In this document: one piece after another, positions 39,651-47,912 of the stretch
Numbering within the stretch: position 1 is the first letter of the stretch
Layout: the number at the start of each line of letters is the position of its first letter
Assembly: GCA_030753015.1 (NCBI GenBank)
Contig: JASMDC010000001.1
Coordinates: 32,001-96,000, forward strand
DNA: 64,000 nucleotides
Source of the DNA: Candidatus Undinarchaeales archaeon
GTDB lineage: Archaea > SpSt-1190 > JASMDC01
Direction of reading: 5' to 3'
Notes under the pieces: generated by a model
What the model saw: only the letters and a program-made list of their open reading frames with translations
What the model was told of the DNA's origin: nothing
The model's database searches: none
Translations under genes and position numbers: made by a program

Positions 39651-40093
39651 TTATCTAGCCACCTGGACCGGTCGACGTCCAGGTCCTCGGGCCCGAACCC
39701 GTGGGGGATGAGCTTGGAGAGGATGAACACCTGGGCCTCGCCAAGCAGGTTAGCGGCGATGACCTCCATGTCACCGCCCGGCGGCTTGAACTCCATCATC
39801 TTCTGTCGGCAGAGACCGCATCCGGGGATGAGCCCCTCCTCGAGCACAACGGCCAAGGAGGTGACCTGGTACTCACCGTGCACCGCCGCTGTATTGATCG
39901 CGTTCATCTCGGCATGGCTGGTGAGTGTGTAATCCGCGGACTCGACGTTGCAGCCAACATGGACGTTCCCCGCGCTCGTGCGGGCGGCGGCCCCTACCCT
40001 GAACCCCGAATAGGGGCAGTAGGAGTTCTGCATGGCGGCGATAGCCGCGTCGACGAGCTCCCGCTGCTCGGGTGTGAGGTCGGCGGTCTTCAT
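39647..40093 (-). CDS. cdd: Cytidine deaminase
   Basis: SYCPYSGFRVGAA, GCNVE, HAE, CGLCRQ. Confidence 0.92.
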   Translation of the reverse strand: MKTADLTPEQRELVDAAIAAMQNSYCPYSGFRVGAAARTSAGNVHVGCNVESADYTLTSHAEMNAINTAAVHGEYQVTSLAVVLEEGLIPGCGLCRQKMMEFKPPGGDMEVIAANLLGEAQVFILSKLIPHGFGPEDLDVDRSRWLDK

Positions 40094-40317
40094 GGCCGGA
40101 TCTCGTTGAGGGTCTGGACCAGCTTGATCTTGTTGTTGATAGAGACGTTCTCGATACCGAGAATGCCCATGGCGAGGCTGTCGCTGTTCCTTCCGATCCG
40201 TATAAGGGATACACCACGAGAGTAGAGCTCCACGGCCATCCCCTTGTTCCGTAGGAGGCGGCTGACCTCGTTCAGCTCCTCCTTTGCGTTCAGCAGCTCA
40301 TCGAGCATTGTGGTCAC
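40090..40317 (-). CDS. Small hypothetical protein
   Basis: Translationally coupled (overlapping stop/start) with both neighbours. Confidence 0.6.
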   Translation of the reverse strand: MTTMLDELLNAKEELNEVSRLLRNKGMAVELYSRGVSLIRIGRNSDSLAMGILGIENVSINNKIKLVQTLNEIRP

Positions 40318-40517
40318 TTGAGCGACTGCATGATGCGCATGAGGTGGGCGAGCTCTTCAGGATCGCGCAGGTCGACGTCGATCTTCTTGTCAGTGAGCTT
40401 GACGTTGACGAACTCCTTCTTGGACACTTTCAGGTCCACCTCGAGAGGGTGGGCCTTGATGATGTCCAGGACATCGTCGATGAGCTTCTTATCGATCTTG
40501 GGTTTTGCGTCTGTCAT
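40314..40517 (-). CDS. Small hypothetical protein
   Basis: Coupled in the operon downstream of the Hsp20 gene; SD-like GAGG upstream. Confidence 0.6.
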   Translation of the reverse strand: MTDAKPKIDKKLIDDVLDIIKAHPLEVDLKVSKKEFVNVKLTDKKIDVDLRDPEELAHLMRIMQSLK

Positions 40518-40531
40518 GTTAGGTCCCTCGC

Positions 40532-41182
40532 TTATTTCAGCTTGATCTCCCGCATGATGACGGCGGGGCTCTTCTTCAGTGTGATTGTGAGGATGCCGTT
40601 CTCGAGCGCGGCCTTTGATCCCTGGGGCACCACGGGGATAGGCAGTTCCACTTCACGCTCGATTAGGCCGAGGGTCCGCTCGGACACGAGCACGTCCTCC
40701 TCAGGCACTTCAGTAGGTCGCTTGACGTTAGCGGCGATACGCAGGTACATCTCGTTGGCCTCGAGAGTGATGTCCTCCTTAACGACACCGGGGAGCTCCA
40801 CCTGGACGATGACCTCCTTGGCGGTCTGGTAGACGTCCACGGGGATGCTGCCGCCCGCCATGCCTTCGGTCACCCGGTCCTTGAGGGACATGAGCTCGGC
40901 GAGCACGTTCTCCTTCATGTCAGGAGAGATGCCCTGGGACGCCATAGCGTTCTTGAAGACCTCGGAGGCTGCGAACTTGAGGAATGTCTTGAGCTTGCTG
41001 GGCTCGCCACAGCTCTCGCCCTCCATCTCGTCCTCAGGGAGGATTCCCTCTTCCTCGATTCCGATATCGCCAGCTGAGAAGGCCGGCATAAGGACGTCGC
41101 GCTTCATGTACGCTTCGGCCGCGAAGGCCAGCGCCACGAAGGGGAGCACGCTGCGGAGCAGTCCGGTCGGTTCATCATCCAT
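40532..41182 (-). CDS. Hsp20/alpha-crystallin family small heat-shock protein with N-terminal extension
   Basis: PVDVYQT, ELPGVVKEDI, AALENGILTITLKK, EIKL tail. Confidence 0.85.
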   Translation of the reverse strand: MDDEPTGLLRSVLPFVALAFAAEAYMKRDVLMPAFSAGDIGIEEEGILPEDEMEGESCGEPSKLKTFLKFAASEVFKNAMASQGISPDMKENVLAELMSLKDRVTEGMAGGSIPVDVYQTAKEVIVQVELPGVVKEDITLEANEMYLRIAANVKRPTEVPEEDVLVSERTLGLIEREVELPIPVVPQGSKAALENGILTITLKKSPAVIMREIKLK

Positions 41183-41238
41183 CCCGTTCACCGGGAGTGC
41201 GTCGCAGGGGCAAGAATAAAAACCCTACGGTCGAGGCC

Positions 41239-42264
41239 TCAGAACCACTGGTCGAGCTTTCCCTGGGTGCCCGATGACTGGTTCTTGGCCATGCGTTTGG
41301 CCGTCCGTTCGATGCGCTCGTCGGAGAAGTCATGCCCATCGGCCATGAACCGAACGATCATGGGGACGTTGGCACGACCCCATGTGGGAGAAACGTCGCC
41401 GTCGGCGTCGGGCTCGAGGAACATTTCCATGATGCGGTCCGGTGCGAGGTCGAACTCCCACGTCACGTTCTCCAAGACGCGCTCAAGTGTTCCCTGCTCC
41501 TTGACGAGCTTGAGCCCCTTCTTGGGCCCGATTCCCTTCACGCCGCCGGGATTGTAGTCCGTACCGATGAGGACGCCGAGCAGCACGAGCTGTTCACGTG
41601 TGATGCCCAGGGTCTCGAGGGTCTCAGCCAGATCAAGGCGCTCGGGGACGACCGGGACGTAGATGTTCCGACCGGGAAGCTTGCGCCGGCCCGAGAGGGT
41701 GACATTGCGGACGAAGGTGGGGGCGCCGAAGAGGAGGGAGTCGTAATCCTGGGACGCAGCAGCGTCTACTGTGCCCTTCGCCGCCATCTGGGCAGCTTGG
41801 GCCTCGCCCTCGGCAGGAGCGTCCACCCAGGGGATGCCCATGTGATCGAGGAGCGTCTTGGCCTCGGCCACCATGTCTTTTGTTAGGAACACGGCCTGCT
41901 GGGAGTACTTTCGCGCATCCTCGATGCGTCCCTCGCGGAGCGCCTTCTCCCACTGGAGCTTGGCCTCCTCCCGCACGGCACGTCGCTCGTCGAGGACAGC
42001 ACGCTTTTCGAGTGGTGGTGGACCGTCGAAAACGTACACAGGCTGTACGCCCTTCTCCACGAGGTTGGCAGTGCGGTAGAACGTACCGGAAAGATGGCTT
42101 GTTATGTTCCCTTTAACGTCGTGGAGCGGGGTGCCGTCCCTCTGGCGGATGCTGGATATGAACTGGTAGAGGGCGTTGTACCCGTCGATAGCGACCTTCA
42201 GGCCGGCGAGGTCAGAGATGGCCAGCTCCCGCGGGGCTAGAAGGTCCCGGAGCTGTACGCCCAT
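41239..42264 (-). CDS. fen: Flap endonuclease 1
   Basis: MGVQL, AIDGYNALYQF, EGEAQAA, SQDYDSLLFG, GTDYNPGG, C-terminal PIP box QGKLDQWF. Confidence 0.97.
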   Translation of the reverse strand: MGVQLRDLLAPRELAISDLAGLKVAIDGYNALYQFISSIRQRDGTPLHDVKGNITSHLSGTFYRTANLVEKGVQPVYVFDGPPPLEKRAVLDERRAVREEAKLQWEKALREGRIEDARKYSQQAVFLTKDMVAEAKTLLDHMGIPWVDAPAEGEAQAAQMAAKGTVDAAASQDYDSLLFGAPTFVRNVTLSGRRKLPGRNIYVPVVPERLDLAETLETLGITREQLVLLGVLIGTDYNPGGVKGIGPKKGLKLVKEQGTLERVLENVTWEFDLAPDRIMEMFLEPDADGDVSPTWGRANVPMIVRFMADGHDFSDERIERTAKRMAKNQSSGTQGKLDQWF

Positions 42265-42273
42265 GGGCCGTCC

Positions 42274-42543
42274 CTAGAGGGCGCGGCGAACGTCCACCGT
42301 GTCGACCTGACTGACCCCTTCGATGGCCCCGAGAGTGTTCTCTACCTTATCGAGTATGCCCTCTTGCTCGGGGATGACGACCATCACCATGAGCGCCTTG
42401 AGCCCGAAAGCGATAGGCTGCTCGCCGATATTGTGGACCTCTACAAGGGCGCCCACATCCTTCTTGATGGTCTCCTTGAGCCCGTCCAGATCGATCTCGA
42501 GCCCGTCGGGCATAACCTTGAAGGTCGTGATTACTTCTCCCAT
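42274..42543 (-). CDS. ef1b: Archaeal elongation factor 1-beta
   Basis: MGEVITTFKVMP, PIAFGLKAL. Confidence 0.93.
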   Translation of the reverse strand: MGEVITTFKVMPDGLEIDLDGLKETIKKDVGALVEVHNIGEQPIAFGLKALMVMVVIPEQEGILDKVENTLGAIEGVSQVDTVDVRRAL

Positions 42544-42544
42544 T

Positions 42545-42712
42545 CTAAGGCCCCTCGAATCCACATTCCCCGCATTCGTAGGACCTGCCAAGGGCCTTGC
42601 ACCGACCACAGCGAGCGACGGTGGCCTTGCCACAGTTCGGACAGGGAAATATCACAAAATATTGTGCGAGAAGGGAGTTCATCCCGCACGAGGCGCAGGT
42701 GGCTGCTTCCAT
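42545..42712 (-). CDS. Small zinc-ribbon protein (HVO_2753/DUF1610-like), 55 aa
   Basis: Not in the ORF track. MEAATCASCG...FPCPNCG...RCGRCK...YECGECGFEGP; sits in its conserved position upstream of aEF-1beta. Confidence 0.9.
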   Translation of the reverse strand: MEAATCASCGMNSLLAQYFVIFPCPNCGKATVARCGRCKALGRSYECGECGFEGP

Positions 42713-42919
42713 GATGACCGGGCAAGGAGAGTGAGGATGTATTTTTAAGGTTTATCCTCGCCGCGCCCCGCCACCTCCGAACCCTCCTTGGTCGGGACGA
42801 GAGTATCCTGTTCTTCATGCTTTCGGACCGCTAATTACATGGCGATGAATATCGACCTCCTAGGGTCCTTCAGCGACGGAAAAGAGAAGGGGGGGCATGA
42901 GGGGGGAGTCCAGTCCCCC

Positions 42920-43414
42920 TCATACCATGGGAATAAGTTCTATGTAGAGGGGTGTTGTCTTGATGTGTATCTCCTCGTAGGGAGCCTTGATACTAGCGAT
43001 AATCCTGTGGATGTTGTTGTAGAGGTAGGGGAGGAGATGCTTCTCCGGCCCCATTACACCACTGAGAGGGATCCTCCCGGTGCGGATGCCGTCTATGACC
43101 ATCTCCCGAATGGCCAGGTACTCCTCGGGCAGGAGGTGGTCCTTGGAGTTGATGGGTGGTATGCGCTTCTTCAGCTGGCCAGGGATCTCCTCCTGGAGCC
43201 GGTAACGCTTGAGGTTACCCACCTTGCGTGAATAGAGAAGCTTGCGCTTCTCAAGAACACGGAGCTTGCTCGTGAGCGTTCGGTATTCCGGTGTGTCGGA
43301 CCGTGGCTTCATACCATAGACCGACACCATCAGGTCCGCTACTGAGAACTCCTTCTTCTCGAACAACTTTCGCGCAATCTCGATGAACTCCTCGTCTCTC
43401 ATTGTGTTCTCCAT
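42920..43414 (-). CDS. Hypothetical basic protein with possible winged-helix domain
   Basis: FSVADL...LTSKLRVLEKRKLLYSRKVGNLKRYRL resembles a wHTH. Confidence 0.55.
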   Translation of the reverse strand: MENTMRDEEFIEIARKLFEKKEFSVADLMVSVYGMKPRSDTPEYRTLTSKLRVLEKRKLLYSRKVGNLKRYRLQEEIPGQLKKRIPPINSKDHLLPEEYLAIREMVIDGIRTGRIPLSGVMGPEKHLLPYLYNNIHRIIASIKAPYEEIHIKTTPLYIELIPMV

Positions 43415-43659
43415 GACCGCCCTTCCATCCCAAGTAACTGAAGGTGAACGGAGCGATTTCCTTGCGTTTTACCTCGCTCAAACCCCTTCAGGGCGGTTTT
43501 TATGGTCCCGCTCTTCAGTTTTAAAGCTTTGCATACAAAAAAACGATGAAAATCCTTTAAAATCGCGTAACTCGCAATTAACGCCGGTTTTTATCGTATA
43601 ACAAGTATTTAACGTTTAGTAACACAACTTTTTCAAATTAAGGCACATGTGGCCGTTCT

Positions 43660-44946
43660 ATGGTCCTCGATTTCCTGCGCTCCTTGCTCGGTGGGCGCGA
43701 GGAAGAGCCCACCCCGCCTCCCGGGCCAATCGAAGTCGAGCTCAACGAGGTGGTTGACCTCGTGCGTGAGCGTACCCGGGGAGAGGCCCGCGACTCGATC
43801 GACCGTGTGAACGAGCTGGCATCAAATATTCGCCGTCGGCTCGAGGCACTTGAACAGCTGGTCGAAGCTCTGGACGAGGAAGAGGTCGATAATGACGAAG
43901 TGGACGTTCGCCTCATCAAGGCAGTAGGCGAATCCCGGCGCCACCTCCAGCGCAAGGTGGCCAAGGCCATGCACAAGGTAGCCTTTCCCCAGGATGAGCG
44001 ATTGGATTCCCTTGCCGAGTTCACCGATTCTCTTGACGCGTCGCTCCGCATGCTCACGAAGGCCAGCCAAGCCCATGTCTACTATCTCTCCGTGGTCTTC
44101 CCCAAGGATACCAAAGCGGTGGGTGAGGAATTGCGAGAGCTGGTCGAGCTCCATAAAGAGCTGTCCAAGGCAATGAAGGGCCTCAGGTCCATTGGTGGCC
44201 TGGACGAGCTTGCCGAACTCGTGGCAGACGCTCAGGAGGCGGACGTGATAGGGCAGCGGATGGACGAAGAGACGGAGCGGCTCCAAGACCGCCTTGAGGT
44301 GCTGGAGGGTGAGGTCACGTCGTTGGGGGCAGAACGTCAGGCCACGGAGGGTGAACTGACCGAGGTGGAAAAAGAGCTAGAGGACGCACGTGAGCAACTA
44401 CACGAGGCCGGACGCCGTATCGAGACGACGCTCGGAGGCGTTAAGAAAGCGTTAAAAAAGTATCAGAAAACGCTAGACTCGGGCGATGAGTCCCAGGTGG
44501 CCGCGGCATATCTTAAACGGCCAGTGGCCACTCTGGTCGCCGAGGGTCCACAACACCCCCAGTTCTCCAGGCTACTTGATGGGCTAACAACTGCCTGTGA
44601 TAGCCGGTCCTTGGGAATCAAGAAGGACAAGGCCACCAAGACCAAAGCGGCCTTGAAGCAACTCCAGGACGGCGCATTAGCACCCCACATAACGTCCTAT
44701 ACGGCACTGGCCGAGGAGGTCCAGAAGAAGGAGCGCAATCTCGCCGAGCATCCAGTGGTCCAACGCGCCCACGAGCAGGACGCGCGGTTGAGGGAGATGG
44801 AGCGCGAGACCGAGAAGATGTGCCGTGAGCTCAAGTCCCTTGAGCGTGAAGCGGACATCGTCGTGCGCCGGAGGGACACTGACCTAGCGAATATCGGACG
44901 GATAGCGACATCCCTTGTCGGATCCAGGGTGCGCGTAGTCACTTGA
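43660..44946 (+). CDS. Hypothetical long coiled-coil protein
   Basis: Heptad-rich E/L/R/K composition over 428 aa. Confidence 0.7.
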   Translation: MVLDFLRSLLGGREEEPTPPPGPIEVELNEVVDLVRERTRGEARDSIDRVNELASNIRRRLEALEQLVEALDEEEVDNDEVDVRLIKAVGESRRHLQRKVAKAMHKVAFPQDERLDSLAEFTDSLDASLRMLTKASQAHVYYLSVVFPKDTKAVGEELRELVELHKELSKAMKGLRSIGGLDELAELVADAQEADVIGQRMDEETERLQDRLEVLEGEVTSLGAERQATEGELTEVEKELEDAREQLHEAGRRIETTLGGVKKALKKYQKTLDSGDESQVAAAYLKRPVATLVAEGPQHPQFSRLLDGLTTACDSRSLGIKKDKATKTKAALKQLQDGALAPHITSYTALAEEVQKKERNLAEHPVVQRAHEQDARLREMERETEKMCRELKSLEREADIVVRRRDTDLANIGRIATSLVGSRVRVVT

Positions 44947-45073
44947 GGATTGATCCCCGAATTCACAGGTATTAACGTCCGCTATCTTCAATGGCATACG
45001 AATAGGCTCCCGTATCGCGGTCCGCTGCTGCTTTTTCAAAAGGTTTTAATGTATTCATCGAATGGTGAGGGTT

Positions 45074-45148
45074 GCGACTGTGGTCCAGTCTGGTCTAGGA
45101 CTCAGGCTTCCCAAGCCTGCTGCCCGGGTTCAAATCCCGGCAGTCGCA
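45074..45148 (+). tRNA. tRNA-Gly (CCC), intronless, CCA not encoded
   Basis: Acceptor GCGACTG/CAGTCGC, anticodon stem CAGGC-TTCCCAA-GCCTG, T arm CCGGG-TTCAAAT-CCCGG; TTTTAA box upstream. Confidence 0.95.
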
Positions 45149-45194
45149 TTCATTCTCGCCCCCGCACGCGGGGGCAGAACCTACAGGAAAGAGA

Positions 45195-45563
45195 TCACTT
45201 TTCATCCGCGAACTCGGCGCCCAGCTCCTTCACATTCCGGGAGAGGCTCTCGACGCGCTTTTCCATGAGCTCGGCGATGAGGGACTCGTACTCGGACTGT
45301 TTTCCCTCCAGCAGCCTCAGCTGTTTTTCGAGCTCGTGGATCCGTTCGATTTCCAGAGCACGTCGCCCCTCTGACTCTGCAAGCTTGGACTCAATGTCCT
45401 CCGTCGACACGGTCGCGGCCGAGCGACGCACATCAGCGTCGATCCGTCGTGCTTCGGCCTCGCGGAGCTTGGCCGTGAGCTTATCGTTCTCAGCCTTGAG
45501 GGTCTCGATACGGTCGTTGAGCTCGGCGATCTTGGCCTTGAAGTACAGGGTCCCCGTGGGCAC
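45195..45563 (-). CDS. Small coiled-coil protein
   Basis: GTG at 45563 downstream of a TTGATAAA box; heptad pattern. Confidence 0.6.
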   Translation of the reverse strand: MPTGTLYFKAKIAELNDRIETLKAENDKLTAKLREAEARRIDADVRRSAATVSTEDIESKLAESEGRRALEIERIHELEKQLRLLEGKQSEYESLIAELMEKRVESLSRNVKELGAEFADEK

Positions 45564-45615
45564 GGAATGGCTAGTGTTCCCAAGCTTTATCAACTTTAGT
45601 CCCCTGGGCACACTC

Positions 45616-46644
45616 GTGGACGAGCTCCTAACGGCCCTGCGGGAACGGACGCGGGACGAGGGTATCGACATACCCGGGATCATCGGCCAGAATGGGACCA
45701 AGCGCGATGTGCTCTCCGCGATCCTTGCTGGCCGCCATATTATCATCAAAGGTTATCCGGGTGTCGGAAAGACCACGCTCGCCCGTACGATAGCGGAGCT
45801 CCTGCCTTCGGTGAAAGCGGTTGAGGGCTGTCCCTATCATTGCGATCCCAAACGGCCCGTGTGCCCGTTGTGCCGCTCACGAGAGGGGAAGGCGACAGTG
45901 AATACGGTCACTGGCGCCCAGCGGTTCATCCGTGTCCAGGGGAGCCCGGACCTCCAGGCCGAGGACCTTCTTGGTGATATCGATCCCGTGAAAGCCATGA
46001 AGTACGGCCCCTCTAATCCGCGGGCGTTCACTCCCGGCAAGCTTTTGAAGGCCAACCGCGGAGTTCTCTTCTTCGACGAGCTCAACCGGTGCCCAGAGCG
46101 GCTCCAGAACGCGCTGCTCCAGGTGCTGGAGGAGGGGATCGCGACCTTGGGAGGGTACGACGTCGACTACCCCGCCCGTTTCATCCTCATCGCAACCATG
46201 AACCCGTCCGAGTACGTGGGTACCGAGAAGCTCTCTGAGGTACTGCTGGACCGGTTCGACACCACGACCATGACCTACCCTGCTACGACCGAGGACGAGC
46301 GAACCATCGTTCAGGAGCGGAGTAAGGTCGTGGAGGGGGTTGCGGTCCCGGATGACCTGCTCGCCCTCATGATCGCCATCGTTCGTGCCACACGCGACCA
46401 CAAGGACATCGAGCGACCTGCCGGTGTCCGCGCTTCTATTGGATTGTACGAGCGGACACAGACGAACGCCATGCTCCAAGGCCGCGACAAGGTCATACAG
46501 CAGGACGTGCTGGATGTCGTTGAATCCGTGCTTGCCCATCGCATCCATCTTTCGGGCCGTGTGAGCCATGTCAAGAGCCCCGAGGACGTCCTCAGGGACA
46601 TAGTGGACACCGCTCTCCGCGAAGCAAAAAAAAAACAAGCGTGA
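45616..46644 (+). CDS. AAA+ ATPase, ChlI/MoxR-like
   Basis: GYPGVGKT, GCPYHCDP..P.CPLC, PGKLLKANRGVLFFDELNR, ATMNP, LLDRF; the ORF-track start at 44950 overlaps the tRNA and is rejected. Confidence 0.9.
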   Translation: MDELLTALRERTRDEGIDIPGIIGQNGTKRDVLSAILAGRHIIIKGYPGVGKTTLARTIAELLPSVKAVEGCPYHCDPKRPVCPLCRSREGKATVNTVTGAQRFIRVQGSPDLQAEDLLGDIDPVKAMKYGPSNPRAFTPGKLLKANRGVLFFDELNRCPERLQNALLQVLEEGIATLGGYDVDYPARFILIATMNPSEYVGTEKLSEVLLDRFDTTTMTYPATTEDERTIVQERSKVVEGVAVPDDLLALMIAIVRATRDHKDIERPAGVRASIGLYERTQTNAMLQGRDKVIQQDVLDVVESVLAHRIHLSGRVSHVKSPEDVLRDIVDTALREAKKKQA

Positions 46645-47909
46645 GCGATGAGCCGGAGGATGCTCCCCCTGACGGGGAAAAGGGCGGTGGGGCCAATCCG
46701 CCGACGGATATCGACCTTTCCTATTTCGATGAGCTCGAGCCTAAGGAGAGGCAGAGCCTCCTGGACGCTGCCAGCAAGGAGAGCCAGGACGCCCAGGTCC
46801 TGCGCACCATGATGAACCGGGGCGTCTCATCCTTCGATCCGTCCCATCTCGCCCGCCTCCTCACCTCCAATACGAAAGCGGCCGTGGGCGTGTACGGGGA
46901 ACCGTTCCTGGAGGCGATGACCGGGCTTATGCTGCTGGACTTCGATGCGTACGAGGGCCATCCCGATCGCAAGGGCGAGCTGACCAAACGCATCGATAAG
47001 CAGGTGGGTGCCATGATGCGGGCCGGCTACTTCACGGCACGTGAGGGCGAGGGATTCGAGATCAGCGAGCAGGGAGAAGAGCTGGCCGCCGTGAGCCTTC
47101 TCATCGACGAGCTGGAAGGCCTCTCCCGGATGGGTCGCGGCGATCACGCGATCCATACCTTGGGGGAGCGTGAGCACGGGTATCCCATGTCCCTCCGCCC
47201 CTACCGAAAGGGTGACTCCTATAGGGATATCTCCGTTCGCCAGAGCCTCAAGCGCGCGGTTGTGCGGGGACGCGACTTCCCACGTACCGAGGACCTTCGT
47301 GTGTATGAGCGCACGCGCAGCGTCTCCTTGGACATCGTGTACGCCCTGGACATCTCGGGGAGCATGCATGGGGACAAGCTCGATGCAGGCAAGAAGGCCG
47401 CAGTCGGGCTCGCGTTCACGGGCACGAAGGCCGGTGACCGCGTGGGAGTCGTGGCGTTCAATGTCAGGCCTACCCGGGTCGTGGAGCCAACAGCGCAGGT
47501 GGAGCAGGTTGCCCGGGAGGTGACGGCCCTCAGCCCTGCCCTGGGTACCGATATCGCGGCCGCTATCAGAGCTGGCCGGGAGATGCTCATTGACGCGTCA
47601 ACACCGCATCGGGGCCGCCACATCATCGTGATCTCCGACGCCATCCCCACAACCGGGGACGAGGATCCGGTGGAACGGTCCTACGAGGAGGCCTCCATCA
47701 CCGCTGCCGCCGACATAACCATCTCGCTTGTTGGCATCGACCTATCTGAGGAAGGGGAGGACATCGGTCGCACGCTCACCCGTATCGCTGGAGGACGCTT
47801 CTACCATATATCCAATCCTCACGACCTACACAACGTGGTGCTTGAGGAGCGGAACGAGGCGCGGATGGGCCTGATGTCCAACCGCCCTCAGCGGACCCGG
47901 TGGGGTTGA
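46641..47909 (+). CDS. VWA-domain protein (ChlD C-terminal-like)
   Basis: LRPYRKGD, MIDAS DISGSM, GTDIAAAI, ISDA; acidic/Pro-rich N-terminus. Confidence 0.88.
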   Translation: MSDEPEDAPPDGEKGGGANPPTDIDLSYFDELEPKERQSLLDAASKESQDAQVLRTMMNRGVSSFDPSHLARLLTSNTKAAVGVYGEPFLEAMTGLMLLDFDAYEGHPDRKGELTKRIDKQVGAMMRAGYFTAREGEGFEISEQGEELAAVSLLIDELEGLSRMGRGDHAIHTLGEREHGYPMSLRPYRKGDSYRDISVRQSLKRAVVRGRDFPRTEDLRVYERTRSVSLDIVYALDISGSMHGDKLDAGKKAAVGLAFTGTKAGDRVGVVAFNVRPTRVVEPTAQVEQVAREVTALSPALGTDIAAAIRAGREMLIDASTPHRGRHIIVISDAIPTTGDEDPVERSYEEASITAAADITISLVGIDLSEEGEDIGRTLTRIAGGRFYHISNPHDLHNVVLEERNEARMGLMSNRPQRTRWG

Positions 47910-47912
47910 CCA

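Noticed and set aside
45074-45148. tRNA-Gly as the integration site of an element
   Set aside because: No duplicated tRNA 3' end or integrase was noticed in the window.
44950-45615. N-terminal extension of the AAA+ ORF given in the ORF track
   Set aside because: It overlaps tRNA-Gly and an opposite-strand gene; ATPase-like sequence begins only at about 45616.
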